Of a DNA stretch of 34,546 bases, positions 1 to 9,349 are shown piece after piece. Every line of letters starts with the position of its first letter. Within the stretch, counting starts at the first letter, position 1. The position numbers and the translations under genes were made by a program. The stretch lies in sequence record SRR20825006_1258. The stretch is one strand, 5' to 3'. The notes under the pieces were generated by a model, which did not search any database, was not told the DNA's origin, and saw only the letters and a program-made list of their open reading frames with translations.

Positions 1-68
1 TCTTCTTCTATTTTGGCTCTTGATTTATACGCTTCTAATGTATATTTTTATCTATTAACTTATTAAAG

Positions 69-100
69 GCTACATAAGAGCTGTGGTCGTTAGCATAATT
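69..100 (+). repeat. Right end of an attC-like element (left part probably outside the window)
   Basis: GCTACATAAGAGCTGTGGTCGTTAGCATAATT matches the right end of the 1602-1810 element (GCTA...CGTTAGCGGTAATT). It lies 13 nt before the ATG at 114. Confidence 0.55.
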
Positions 101-113
101 ACGACCAAATAAC

Positions 114-1601
114 ATGAAACATCTTAAACTAACCATTTTACTATTAACCACAATTTGCTTTACTGCCTGTAATCAAAGACTGAGCGAAACCGTTAATACA
201 GACAGATTAAGTTCATCCATAAATGAATATCTAACGGCATGTGAGTCAAATGGATTCAACGGTGCTGTTTTAGTTACAAAAGGAGACAGTATTATTCTTA
301 ACAAAGGTTATGGATTCGCCAATAAGGAAAAGTCTTTTGCAAATACTCCCAAAACGGTATATGATATCTGTTCTGTAACGAAGCAGTTTACGGGAGCGGC
401 AATATTAAAATTAGCCGAGAACGAAAAACTAGAGCTAACCGATTCTTTAATTACATATTTTAATGATTTGCCCGTTGATAAACAAAACATCACCATTCAC
501 CATTTACTCACACATTCGGGTGGCTTTGGGCACGACATAGGCAAAGGTGATTTTGACCATATCCCTGAAAAACAGTATTTCCAGCAATTGTTTGATACCG
601 ACTTGCAGTTCACACCGGGAGAAAAATATGAGTACTCTAACTCTGGCTACAGTATTCTTGGACGAATAATAGAAATCGTATCAGGCAAAAGCTATGAAAG
701 CTATATAAGTGAAGATTTATTTAAACCAGCAGGGATGTCGCAAACTGGTTATCTTCTGCCTGAATGGGATAGTGATTTAGTGGCTAATGAATATTTGTAT
801 AATGTGATAAATAAAGAGAACCACATTTCCAAATATCAGAAGGATGGAAAAATTGCTTGGGCTCTAAAAGCAAATGGAGGTATTCACTCCACCCAAGAAG
901 ATATGTACAAATGGTATTTGGCATTAAAAAACAATACAGTATTAAACAAACAATCTATAGAAAAATTAACCGCACCTCACATTCTCGAGTATGAAGACGA
1001 ATCGAGTTATTATGGTTATGGTTGGGTAACATTTCAGTCAGATAGAGGTACAAAAGTAATTACTCATAATGGTTTTAATGGTGTTTCTTATTACGAGTTT
1101 ATTTGGTTTCCAGAAGAAGATGCTCTTATTCTATTTTCAACCAATTCGTCAACTCGCGAATCTTCAAGAATACCGTTTGAATTAGAAAAAATACTCTTTA
1201 ATGAGAATTATAAAGCTAAACCTATCTCAAAAAGTAAGGTTAGTGAGTTGCTAAAATTTTCCGAAAACTATACGGGAGATTTGATTTTTTTAGGGAAAGA
1301 ATTAAAGCAAGAATTCGAAGCAAAGTTGAATAATCCTACTTATTTAAACGGTTTAAGTGGGATTTATTTAAGGGCGAATAAAATTAACTATGCTGTTGTC
1401 ATTACGGAACTCAATACCGAATTATTTCCAAATGATGGTAATGTATGGGATACTATGGGAGATGTATACCTTGCTGATAAACAAAATGAAAAGGCAATAT
1501 ATAGTTATAAAAAAGCATTGGAATTTAAACCTGAAAATGATGATTGCTTTTGGTGTGAGAATTCTTCCTCTCAGCTTAAAAATTTGGAGACAAAAAAATA
1601 A
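114..1601 (+). CDS. Serine hydrolase (beta-lactamase/AmpC-like family) lipoprotein with C-terminal TPR
   Basis: Lipobox FTAC, SxxK (SVTK), LLTHSGG, YxN (YSN) and HNG motifs. The C-terminal segment NVWDTMGDVY...AIYSYKKALE is TPR-like. Confidence 0.9.
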   Translation: MKHLKLTILLLTTICFTACNQRLSETVNTDRLSSSINEYLTACESNGFNGAVLVTKGDSIILNKGYGFANKEKSFANTPKTVYDICSVTKQFTGAAILKLAENEKLELTDSLITYFNDLPVDKQNITIHHLLTHSGGFGHDIGKGDFDHIPEKQYFQQLFDTDLQFTPGEKYEYSNSGYSILGRIIEIVSGKSYESYISEDLFKPAGMSQTGYLLPEWDSDLVANEYLYNVINKENHISKYQKDGKIAWALKANGGIHSTQEDMYKWYLALKNNTVLNKQSIEKLTAPHILEYEDESSYYGYGWVTFQSDRGTKVITHNGFNGVSYYEFIWFPEEDALILFSTNSSTRESSRIPFELEKILFNENYKAKPISKSKVSELLKFSENYTGDLIFLGKELKQEFEAKLNNPTYLNGLSGIYLRANKINYAVVITELNTELFPNDGNVWDTMGDVYLADKQNEKAIYSYKKALEFKPENDDCFWCENSSSQLKNLETKK

Positions 1602-1810
1602 ACTATTGTCAACAACGTGTATAAAACATAGCTAATATAGGCTTTTCGATAGGTTTTTGTGTACTTATACAAGTACGCCAAATTTCTAATTTAATTATAC
1701 TTAAAAAAGAAAATTAAACATGAAAATTAAAAGATTGGCTCGTGCTAAATCCGAAAAGTTTGCGTCTTTTTAGACGCTATGTTCCATACACAAGACCGTT
1801 AGCGGTAATT
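1602..1810 (+). repeat. Complete attC-like imperfect inverted repeat (~210 bp) between two genes
   Basis: The left arm GTCAAC-AAC-GTGTATAAAACATAGC (to 1632) pairs with the right arm GCTATGTTCCATACAC-AAGACC-GTTAGCGG (1776-1805). Internal hairpins lie at 1661-1676 and 1762-1777. The element starts immediately after a stop codon. Confidence 0.7.
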
Positions 1811-1841
1811 TGAAAAACATCGCGAAAAAGAGAATAACAAG

Positions 1842-2576
1842 ATGAAGCAAAACAAATATGACGATAATGACTTTTTTGAAAGTTATGGGAAAATGCCACG
1901 TTCAATTGACGGTTTAAATTCGGCAGGAGAATGGTATGTTTTGAGAAAAATGTTGCCCGTTTTTCAAGGGAAAAATGTGCTCGACCTTGATTGCGGATAT
2001 GGTTGGCATTGCATTTATGCTAAACAACAAGGAGCTGAAAATGTAGTTGGAATTGACTTATCGCAAAACATGATTGACAAAGCCAAAGAAAATTCCAAAG
2101 ACTTGGTAATTGACTATAAGCAAATGGCAATCGAGGATATTGATTTTGAACCAGAACAATTCGATGTTGTCATTAGTTCACTTGCATTCCATTACTTAAA
2201 AGACCTAAAAACTGTTTTTGGGCAAATCAACCGAATCTTAAAAAAAAGTGGAAGTTTTGTATTCTCAATGGAACATCCGGTCTTTACATCAAGAGCCGAA
2301 CAGGATTGGCTTACAGACGAAAATGGAAATCGAATACATTGGCCCGTTGACAATTATCAAAACGAAAGTAAAAGAAAAGCCCAATTTCTTGGACACGAAG
2401 TGACCAAATATCATCGGACTTTGGAAACTATAATAAATACGGTAATTCAATCAAATTTTGATATTAAAGAAATATCCGAGCCAAAACCATCAAAGGAAAT
2501 TTTAAAAAAATATCCAGAAATGAAAGACGAAATGAGGAGGCCAATATTTATTATAATTTCAGCAATAAAGAAATAA
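1842..2576 (+). CDS. Class I SAM-dependent methyltransferase (motif I variant)
   Basis: VLDLDCGYG (normally LDLGCGxG), VVGIDLS, FDVVISSLAFHY and FSMEHP motifs. Confidence 0.88.
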   Translation: MKQNKYDDNDFFESYGKMPRSIDGLNSAGEWYVLRKMLPVFQGKNVLDLDCGYGWHCIYAKQQGAENVVGIDLSQNMIDKAKENSKDLVIDYKQMAIEDIDFEPEQFDVVISSLAFHYLKDLKTVFGQINRILKKSGSFVFSMEHPVFTSRAEQDWLTDENGNRIHWPVDNYQNESKRKAQFLGHEVTKYHRTLETIINTVIQSNFDIKEISEPKPSKEILKKYPEMKDEMRRPIFIIISAIKK

Positions 2577-2588
2577 TAAGCGAAAAAA

Positions 2589-2757
2589 ACGTACCAAAAC
2601 ACCGTATATAGGATGTGCTTGATCGGTGCCTACATGGAAAATCCTCAAGGTTTTCCAAAGCCAGTTTTGATTCCGATTTTTTCATTGGTAATTTGAACGC
2701 CTTTAATTTTAACGTTTCCTTTCCGAACGGCGCGAGATAGCACACTGACTTCCTATG
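2589..2757 (+). repeat. Degenerate attC-like element (left arm intact, right GTT end missing)
   Basis: ACGTACCAAAACACCGTATATAGGATGTGCT aligns with the left arm of the 1602 element. There is an internal hairpin GGAAAATCC-TCAA-GGTTTTCC at 2636-2656 and a partial complement AGCACA...TCCTAT at 2739-2756. Confidence 0.5.
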
Positions 2758-3188
2758 CTATAAAAAACATCGACGTCTTTTTCACTATTTGGTATTGCAA
2801 CATCTGTCGATTCAATCGTCACACTTTCAATCAAATATTTCTTCTTTTGATTAGAGATTTAGAATAAATTAATCTTCGTGTTGCCATTAGGAATACAATA
2901 ATGATGGACAGAAGTGATGAACCAACACAACCATAAAAATGTTAGAACGTCAAGAAAACGTTCTTCGAACGATTCCTGTTTTTAATTCCTGAATAAATTA
3001 AAAATCACCCTGACTAACCAATTCGTATAACTCCTTCATTATTACTAAACAAGTTTACGTTTAGAAAAAAAAGTAGCCTTCCAACTTAGCCTATTTAGAA
3101 GGTTTTCAACCTAAGCAACGCATTAAATCCCGTCACGTTTTGAGGAAAATGCTTGATCAAATAAGCAGGAAATTTAAAAATTTATTAA

Positions 3189-3959
3189 ATGAAAAAAACA
3201 ACTTTGTTCTCAACACTTTTAATCGCTTTTGGTATTTCAAATGGTATTAATGCCGCGATAATTTACAACAATATTGCAGATGTAACTCTTGCTAGTGGAG
3301 GAACCATTGACATTGACTTTAATGGCGGAGGTGCTGAATTCACTTTTACAGACATTGGATTTGGTACTGTAGAGCCTGGGATCTTTTTCAATTCTCAAGA
3401 TGATCATCTTACCACAATTAGCGCCAATGAATGGGATGTTCTTAAGGGTTTAACTGCAGGAACAACTATAGATGCAAATGCAGGGTTTTATGATCAAGGA
3501 GATGCTTTTATCGATCCATTTTGGGGAACAACGTTATTCCCGACAGTAGACACATACTTAGGAGCACAATTCAAAATTGGCGCAAACACGCATTATGGTT
3601 GGATTCTAGTAAATTGGAATGCGGCGGGAACCTTTATCGTGAAAAGCTATGCGTACGATGATGTGCCTAGTAAATCGATTAAAGCAGGGGAAACTTCGAG
3701 TACGACTGCAAATGTCCGAACCTTGGAAAGCATTGATGTATCGGTTTATCCAAACCCTTGTTTTGATGTTTTAACAATCAATTTAAATGAATCAACTAAT
3801 GCCGAGCTTAACATTTATAATTTGACTGGTAAAAACGTTTTACAAGTTTCATTTAACGCCCAAACCAAAGTAGATGTTAGAAACTTAATTTCTGGAGTTT
3901 ATATTCTTAACATAACTACAGATAAAGGAACATTTCAAAATCGGATAATAGTCGAATAA
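3189..3959 (+). CDS. Secreted protein with T9SS type A C-terminal sorting domain
   Basis: Sec signal peptide and a THYGWI motif domain. The CTD reads VYPNP...IYNLTGK...L.SGVYIL...RIIVE. Confidence 0.88.
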   Translation: MKKTTLFSTLLIAFGISNGINAAIIYNNIADVTLASGGTIDIDFNGGGAEFTFTDIGFGTVEPGIFFNSQDDHLTTISANEWDVLKGLTAGTTIDANAGFYDQGDAFIDPFWGTTLFPTVDTYLGAQFKIGANTHYGWILVNWNAAGTFIVKSYAYDDVPSKSIKAGETSSTTANVRTLESIDVSVYPNPCFDVLTINLNESTNAELNIYNLTGKNVLQVSFNAQTKVDVRNLISGVYILNITTDKGTFQNRIIVE

Positions 3960-4090
3960 ACTTGTCCTCAAAAAAATGAAAAACTAGTTGCATCGGTGTC
4001 TTCACTTGAGTTGAACAGCAACTTAATCACAGATAAAATAATAAATTATCCCGAAGCAATTAATTTGAGAAACACTTTCAAAAAATCACT

Positions 4091-4138
4091 AAAATGCAAC
4101 AATTTGTGTCCTTTAAGCGACATAGATTGTTGCATTTT
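4091..4138. terminator. 20-bp stem hairpin, probable terminator
   Basis: AAAATGCAACAATTTGTGTC, an 8-nt loop, then GACATAGATTGTTGCATTTT (two G-U pairs on the + strand). It lies 131 nt after the T9SS gene. Confidence 0.55.
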
Positions 4139-4497
4139 CAGTTAAGAATGCGGGAACCATTCTTCAATAGACTGAATGTTGCCCAATTTTGAACCACAAA
4201 ACCCTTTTGATTATCTTCTGAATGTAAATTCGGTATTGCACCATTCACATGTTCCATTGTTTACCTGATTTCTCCTTCTTCCATCTCTTCACTTATTAGA
4301 CTGATCTTTTAGACATAATTGAATAACCCTCGCTATATTTTTCTTCGATATTTGTCCGAATTCGTCAACTAAACGGAGCAAGTCTATTTTTTTAGGTTTG
4401 TCCTGTTTTTATTCTCTCCCACTTCTCTCACCATTAAATGATTATAATCTACTAAACGATTCTCCCCATCAATGCTCAGTAAACCGAGCAATTGTTG

Positions 4498-4505
4498 TAA
4501 TTTTG
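4498..4505 (+). promoter_or_regulatory. Bacteroidota sigma-A -7 box
   Basis: TAATTTTG fits TAnnTTTG, 34 nt before the ATG at 4540. Confidence 0.5.
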
Positions 4506-4539
4506 ACAACTCTAGCGAAAACAGCTTAAAAAAGAAAAA

Positions 4540-4890
4540 ATGGAACAAAACGAATTTTTAGATCAACACGTATTTTCTAATTTAAAGAGTACTTCTATCA
4601 ATGTAGATTCTTCCCCAGTTCTATTTTTCTCAGAGGCCGATTTTGAAGTAGCGTTAGAGCGTATAAAATATTTTGGAATTAGCGTTTATGCGATTGAGCC
4701 ATATTTCGAAGGGAAGTCTTTTGGTGTAAAAACGAACGTTGACCTGAAGAAAAAAGCAACAGATGCCAATTGGTATGAAAAAGCATTTTCCACTTTTAAG
4801 CATTTTCAACCAGGAATGGAGTATTCAGGAAGTTTTAAAGTTCCAAGTAAATTATTAGCGAGATATTCAGACTCCCCTATTTCAGAGTAA
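4540..4890 (+). CDS. Hypothetical protein
   Basis: 116-aa ORF with an A-rich leader, an ATG start, an upstream promoter box and globular composition. Confidence 0.75.
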   Translation: MEQNEFLDQHVFSNLKSTSINVDSSPVLFFSEADFEVALERIKYFGISVYAIEPYFEGKSFGVKTNVDLKKKATDANWYEKAFSTFKHFQPGMEYSGSFKVPSKLLARYSDSPISE

Positions 4891-5092
4891 ATTTGTGCTC
4901 TTTTCTTTTGCAAAATCGCCTCTAAATTACCCACATTCTCTAAAGGGGCTCTGCGAAAATTATTTAACATTTTAGTTTTCATAAGCACCCGAGCAGCTTA
5001 ACTAATACATTACTAGAAACATACGTTGGAAATCACAATCCCAGACATCAAGCCTTCATTTCAAGCACATATAATTTTGCAGAAAATTTCCT

Positions 5093-5100
5093 TAAGTTTG
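5093..5100 (+). promoter_or_regulatory. Bacteroidota sigma-A -7 box
   Basis: TAAGTTTG fits TAnnTTTG, upstream of the protease gene. Confidence 0.45.
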
Positions 5101-5193
5101 ACTAACAAGAAACCTAAATAGTCACTTATCTATTTGAATTGCGACAGGCGTGTTTTCAGTAGATTAGTAACCGCTATTTATCAAACTAAATTT

Positions 5194-8100
5194 ATGACTA
5201 AAAAAAGCCTAACGCTATTTGTTATGTTAGCGTTACTAGTGAGCAGTTCATTCTCGTTCGCTCAGGAAAAGAAAGCCCAGCTGGGGTGCGGGACATCAGA
5301 ATTGATGGAAACGCTCTCAAAATCCAACCCGAATGTGATCCCCAGCATGCAGCAACTGGAGGAAAGAATTACAAAGTATTACGGTGCCAATCCAATTGGT
5401 GCACAACAAAAATCCACTCCGAATTCAATGCTCACCATTCCAGTGGTGGTTACTATCGTTCATAACGGAGGCCCAGAAAACATAAGTGATGTTCAAGTCT
5501 TGAGTCAAATCAACGCCTTAAACACTTACTTTAATCCTTACGGTTTGAATTTTTGTTTAGCAACACAACAAGGTAACGTTCCTTTTTCTGGAACTACACC
5601 TGGGATTTTCAGAGTTCAAAATGCTGGTTTAACAAACCATTCGAGCACTGCAATATCGGCGCTCATGGCAACTTCAAACCTGAACCCTGCCAATTACTTG
5701 CGCATCTGGGTAGTAAATGAAATTACTTCTCCCGGTTCAAGTGGACAAATCCAAGGGTATGGAACATTTCCTGCTAGTTACACGGATCCAAATCTTGATG
5801 GAATTGTCATGCGTTATACAGCATTTGGAGATCAAGCTACATGTAATTGTGGAGTTTTAAATCCATTGACGAATCAAGGAAAGGTATTAGTACACGAAGT
5901 TGGACATTACCTTGCTCTATACCACACCTTTCAGGATAATTGCTCTGGAATGAATGCAAATGATTGCGCTTCCGCTGGTGATCGTGTATGTGATACACCA
6001 CCCGTACAGCAACCAAATACAGGATGTCCATCTGTAGCTCCAAATTCATGTAATGAACTCTATGGAGTTGATTTACCAGATGACATCAATAACTACATGG
6101 ATTATACGAATGAGGCGTGTCTCAATAGCTTCACAGACGGACAAAAAAGCCGAATGTATGCAACGATTTCACAAAGTAGATCACTTTTAGTTGCGGCATC
6201 TAACTTAACATTTACCGGAGTCAATTGTGCATCGACTGTCCTACCTGGATTTACAGCAGACAACTACGTTCCATGCATTGGCACAACGGTTACATTTACC
6301 GCAAATCCGCTCAACAACGCAACATTTGAATGGGATTTTGGAGACGGAACATCCGCTGTAGGAGCATCTGTGCAACACACCTATACTTCCGCTTTTTCGC
6401 CAGTGACAGTTACTCTAACTGCAACGGTTGGAAATCAATCTGGTTCAACAGTTCAAAATATTGTTGTTAACACATGTGCACCAATTCAAAGCACGAATGC
6501 ACATTGGTTTTTCTGCGATAGAAATGCGTTGGACTTCAGTTCGGGAGCTCCTGTATTTGACAACTCAGCGGTTCTTAATAATACATTCAATCTAACTACC
6601 TCCTCTACAAATCCTAATGGACAAACAGCAAGTGAATCTGCGGCAAGTCAAAGCGACGCTAACGGTAATTTGCTTTTCTATACAGACGGAATCAACGTGT
6701 GGAATAACTTGCATCAATTAATCAACCCATCAACACCATTAGGCGGACACAGAAGTTCTAACGATGGAGTGTTGATTGTTCCAGATCCTGGGAATGCTTC
6801 GGAATACTATGTTTTCACGACGTGTGATGCTGGAATCGCAGCAAGAACTGGATTTACTTATTCAAAAATATCAATTTCGGGAGGTAGCGCACAGCTTGTC
6901 GCTGGTCAAATTAACATTCCAATTCTCGCTCCTTCTGCATTAGACGTACGTTTGGCCAATTCTGGGGCAATCATCGCTGGTGAAGGAATTACTGCTATTG
7001 CAAAATCTGATGGATTCTACATTATTGCGGAAGCAATGAACTTGAACAGAACTGGATCATATTTGTTGCGATTTGACCTCACATCTGCAGGTTTACAATT
7101 CGGAACTCAAATTTCCATTTATTCATGGAGCTCTCAAATGTGGGATTTAAACTCAGATGCTTTCGAAGTTAAAGCGTCTCCAAATGGCAGACACATTGCA
7201 TTTAAAGGAACGCAAGTAAATCCAGGAAGAGTAATTGATTTCGATCCATGTACAGGATTGTTCTCGAATGTTCGAAATATCACGGGAGTGAATTCTCAAA
7301 TTATTTTTGCTTTTAGTCCGAACTCAAAGTTTTTGTATGCGATCAACTATAATCCTGCAGGAAGTAGTCTTTACCAAATTAAGGTAACCGATCCAGCAAT
7401 GACGGCAGTTCAAGTTAGTCAACTGTTCACAAATACAGCGGGAATGGCCGTTGGACCTGATGATAAGATTTATTTATCGGCGAGAGGGTCGTATATTCTT
7501 GAGACTATCCATTCTCCAAATGAAGAGTCTACCCCAGCGCTACCAAATGCTTGTCTTTACACTCCAAATGGACCGGTTGTTTTCAATAGTCCAAATATTC
7601 AGTCGCTGTACTACACTCTACCAAACACGATAGTAGCATCAAGCGCAACTGTTTATTCGAATGAAATAACTCATGCTCAAGATTTTGGTGATTGCTTCAC
7701 ATTTGAATTTGAAGCCATTGTTTGTGCTAATTCATTTAGTTGGAATTTTGGAGATCCTCAATCTGGAAGTAATACATCTACATTGTCGACTCCATCGCAT
7801 ACCTTTTCAGCACCTGGAACGTATACGGTAACGCTAGTTGCGAACGGTATAACAATCACACACACTGTCGAAGTAGCTCCTCAACCTCAATTCACTGGAG
7901 CAACAACAATTTGTCCAGCAAACGGAATGACAGTTAACTACGGTTTCTCAGTTCCAATTGGATACACTTGTTCATGGGCTGTTACGAATGGAACAATTAA
8001 TGGTCTTAATACGCAGTCGAATGTGGATGTTACATGGACTTCACTTCCTGCTACTTTAACACTTTCGATGACCAATATCGCGAACGGGTGCACAACATCA

Positions 8101-9297
8101 ACTACAGTAAACATTACTGAATCATGTGAAACTCCTTGTTTGGATGACGCAATAATAACCGTTCTCTTAAACCCAAATTGCGTATTTGCATTTGACATCA
8201 TCACTTCAACGCCACTACCAAACGGTTATGTTTCGTACCAATGGAATTTTGGCGATGGAGGGATTTCAAGTCAAGCACAACCTACTCATACGTACGCCAA
8301 TCAAGGAACTTACCAAGTGTGCGTGTTGGTTAGAATATATAACAACAAAGGTGTCGTAATTTGCCAAAGGGAAATTTGTACAACGCTTAAAGTGAAATGT
8401 TCGCCTGTTGTAGAGTGTCCTTGCACTGTGAAACCTGAATTCACTTATGACTTTGATGCAAAGGAGTGTCTATTCTCATTTTCCGCAGATCCAGGAGTAC
8501 CAGAATGTACTCAATATGTGAACTACTACTGGGATTTTGGTGATGGAACAACTTCCATGGGACAGTTTGTAAACCATATTTATTCCAATCCAGGAGCTTA
8601 TCTCGTTACGTTACTTGTTACCGTGACTGACGAAAACAACAAGATCATTTGTCAAGAAAAAGTATCTCAAGAAGTGGTTTCAGAATGTTCAGGTTTCTGC
8701 GAATGTAAAATCGACCCAGAAATCATCGTTGATTATGCATACGGAGCGACAACACAGTGTGATCTTCGCTTCTCGTCATCTGTAAAACCTACATGTACAA
8801 ACATAACTTCTATCGAATGGTACGTAAATGGCATACTCTATCCTCCAACTCAAGACATATACGTCACTTTGAATGTAAACACGCCGTATGAAATTTGTCT
8901 GGTAGTTACTGGTGCGGATAGCGATGGAAAACTGTGTAAAGAAAAGGTATGCGTTGAATATTTCACAACGGACTGCTATCCAATTCAACAGCAGTTACTT
9001 CCTATGGACAAAAACGAAGATGGAAGTAATGGCAACATTTCGAAAGAAATAGAGATGATGTTGTACCCAAACCCTGCAAAGGATCAACTTACAATCGATT
9101 TTAAAACTAGAATCGAAGAACCGTTTACAGTAATCGTTCGTTCTATGCAAGGACAAGTTGTACAAGAGTTAGTCGTTTCAGAAGAAATGAGCTCAACTGT
9201 TTTACTCGATGTTTCAACACTTACAGACGGAGTTTATTCTATTGAAGTAAAAGGAACAACATTCACAATGAATAAGCGATTCGTTGTAATGCAATAG
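5194..9297 (+). CDS. M43 (pappalysin/ulilysin-like) zinc metalloprotease with PKD domains, beta-propeller-like region and T9SS CTD
   Basis: A signal peptide follows the ATG at 5194 (preferred over the TTG at 5134). Motifs: CGT cysteine switch, HEVGHYLALYH zinc motif, DRVCDTP, Met-turn NYMDY, four WxFGD PKD motifs and CTD LYPNP...GVYSI...KRFVV. Confidence 0.92.
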   Translation: MTKKSLTLFVMLALLVSSSFSFAQEKKAQLGCGTSELMETLSKSNPNVIPSMQQLEERITKYYGANPIGAQQKSTPNSMLTIPVVVTIVHNGGPENISDVQVLSQINALNTYFNPYGLNFCLATQQGNVPFSGTTPGIFRVQNAGLTNHSSTAISALMATSNLNPANYLRIWVVNEITSPGSSGQIQGYGTFPASYTDPNLDGIVMRYTAFGDQATCNCGVLNPLTNQGKVLVHEVGHYLALYHTFQDNCSGMNANDCASAGDRVCDTPPVQQPNTGCPSVAPNSCNELYGVDLPDDINNYMDYTNEACLNSFTDGQKSRMYATISQSRSLLVAASNLTFTGVNCASTVLPGFTADNYVPCIGTTVTFTANPLNNATFEWDFGDGTSAVGASVQHTYTSAFSPVTVTLTATVGNQSGSTVQNIVVNTCAPIQSTNAHWFFCDRNALDFSSGAPVFDNSAVLNNTFNLTTSSTNPNGQTASESAASQSDANGNLLFYTDGINVWNNLHQLINPSTPLGGHRSSNDGVLIVPDPGNASEYYVFTTCDAGIAARTGFTYSKISISGGSAQLVAGQINIPILAPSALDVRLANSGAIIAGEGITAIAKSDGFYIIAEAMNLNRTGSYLLRFDLTSAGLQFGTQISIYSWSSQMWDLNSDAFEVKASPNGRHIAFKGTQVNPGRVIDFDPCTGLFSNVRNITGVNSQIIFAFSPNSKFLYAINYNPAGSSLYQIKVTDPAMTAVQVSQLFTNTAGMAVGPDDKIYLSARGSYILETIHSPNEESTPALPNACLYTPNGPVVFNSPNIQSLYYTLPNTIVASSATVYSNEITHAQDFGDCFTFEFEAIVCANSFSWNFGDPQSGSNTSTLSTPSHTFSAPGTYTVTLVANGITITHTVEVAPQPQFTGATTICPANGMTVNYGFSVPIGYTCSWAVTNGTINGLNTQSNVDVTWTSLPATLTLSMTNIANGCTTSTTVNITESCETPCLDDAIITVLLNPNCVFAFDIITSTPLPNGYVSYQWNFGDGGISSQAQPTHTYANQGTYQVCVLVRIYNNKGVVICQREICTTLKVKCSPVVECPCTVKPEFTYDFDAKECLFSFSADPGVPECTQYVNYYWDFGDGTTSMGQFVNHIYSNPGAYLVTLLVTVTDENNKIICQEKVSQEVVSECSGFCECKIDPEIIVDYAYGATTQCDLRFSSSVKPTCTNITSIEWYVNGILYPPTQDIYVTLNVNTPYEICLVVTGADSDGKLCKEKVCVEYFTTDCYPIQQQLLPMDKNEDGSNGNISKEIEMMLYPNPAKDQLTIDFKTRIEEPFTVIVRSMQGQVVQELVVSEEMSSTVLLDVSTLTDGVYSIEVKGTTFTMNKRFVVMQ

Positions 9298-9317
9298 ATT
9301 TAATAATGATCAAATTG

Positions 9318-9349
9318 AATGGGACGTTACTTGTAGCGTCCCATTTTTT
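9318..9349 (+). terminator. Rho-independent terminator
   Basis: The stem AATGGGACG...CGTCCCATT is followed by a T-run, 20 nt after the protease stop codon. Confidence 0.85.

Noticed and set aside
114-1601. Calling the two serine hydrolases (also 13228-14247) beta-lactam resistance genes
   Set aside because: SxxK/YxN motifs are shared by many peptidases and esterases. The lipoprotein and TPR architecture does not indicate a true AmpC.
1-2760. CRISPR array or IS ends as the explanation of the intergenic repeats
   Set aside because: The repeats are degenerate, ~200 bp long and separated by whole genes. There are no equal-length spacers, cas genes, transposase or target-site duplications.
2700-2960. 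Minus-strand reading frame with one internal stop (…YLIESVTIESTDVAIP…) and the 2551-2745 ORF
   Set aside because: No recognisable family, and the frames overlap the repeat element. They cannot be told from chance.
5134-5193. N-terminal extensions in the ORF track (also at 9454, 13186, 15012, 15029, 16927, 19246)
   Set aside because: Downstream ATGs give proper signal peptides or family N-termini. The ribBA extension would also run over its promoter box.
5837-8988. Short overlapping or antisense ORFs inside long genes, here and elsewhere (e.g. 10211-10588, 21204-21512, 31141-31458)
   Set aside because: They are shadow frames of well-supported genes and carry no motifs.
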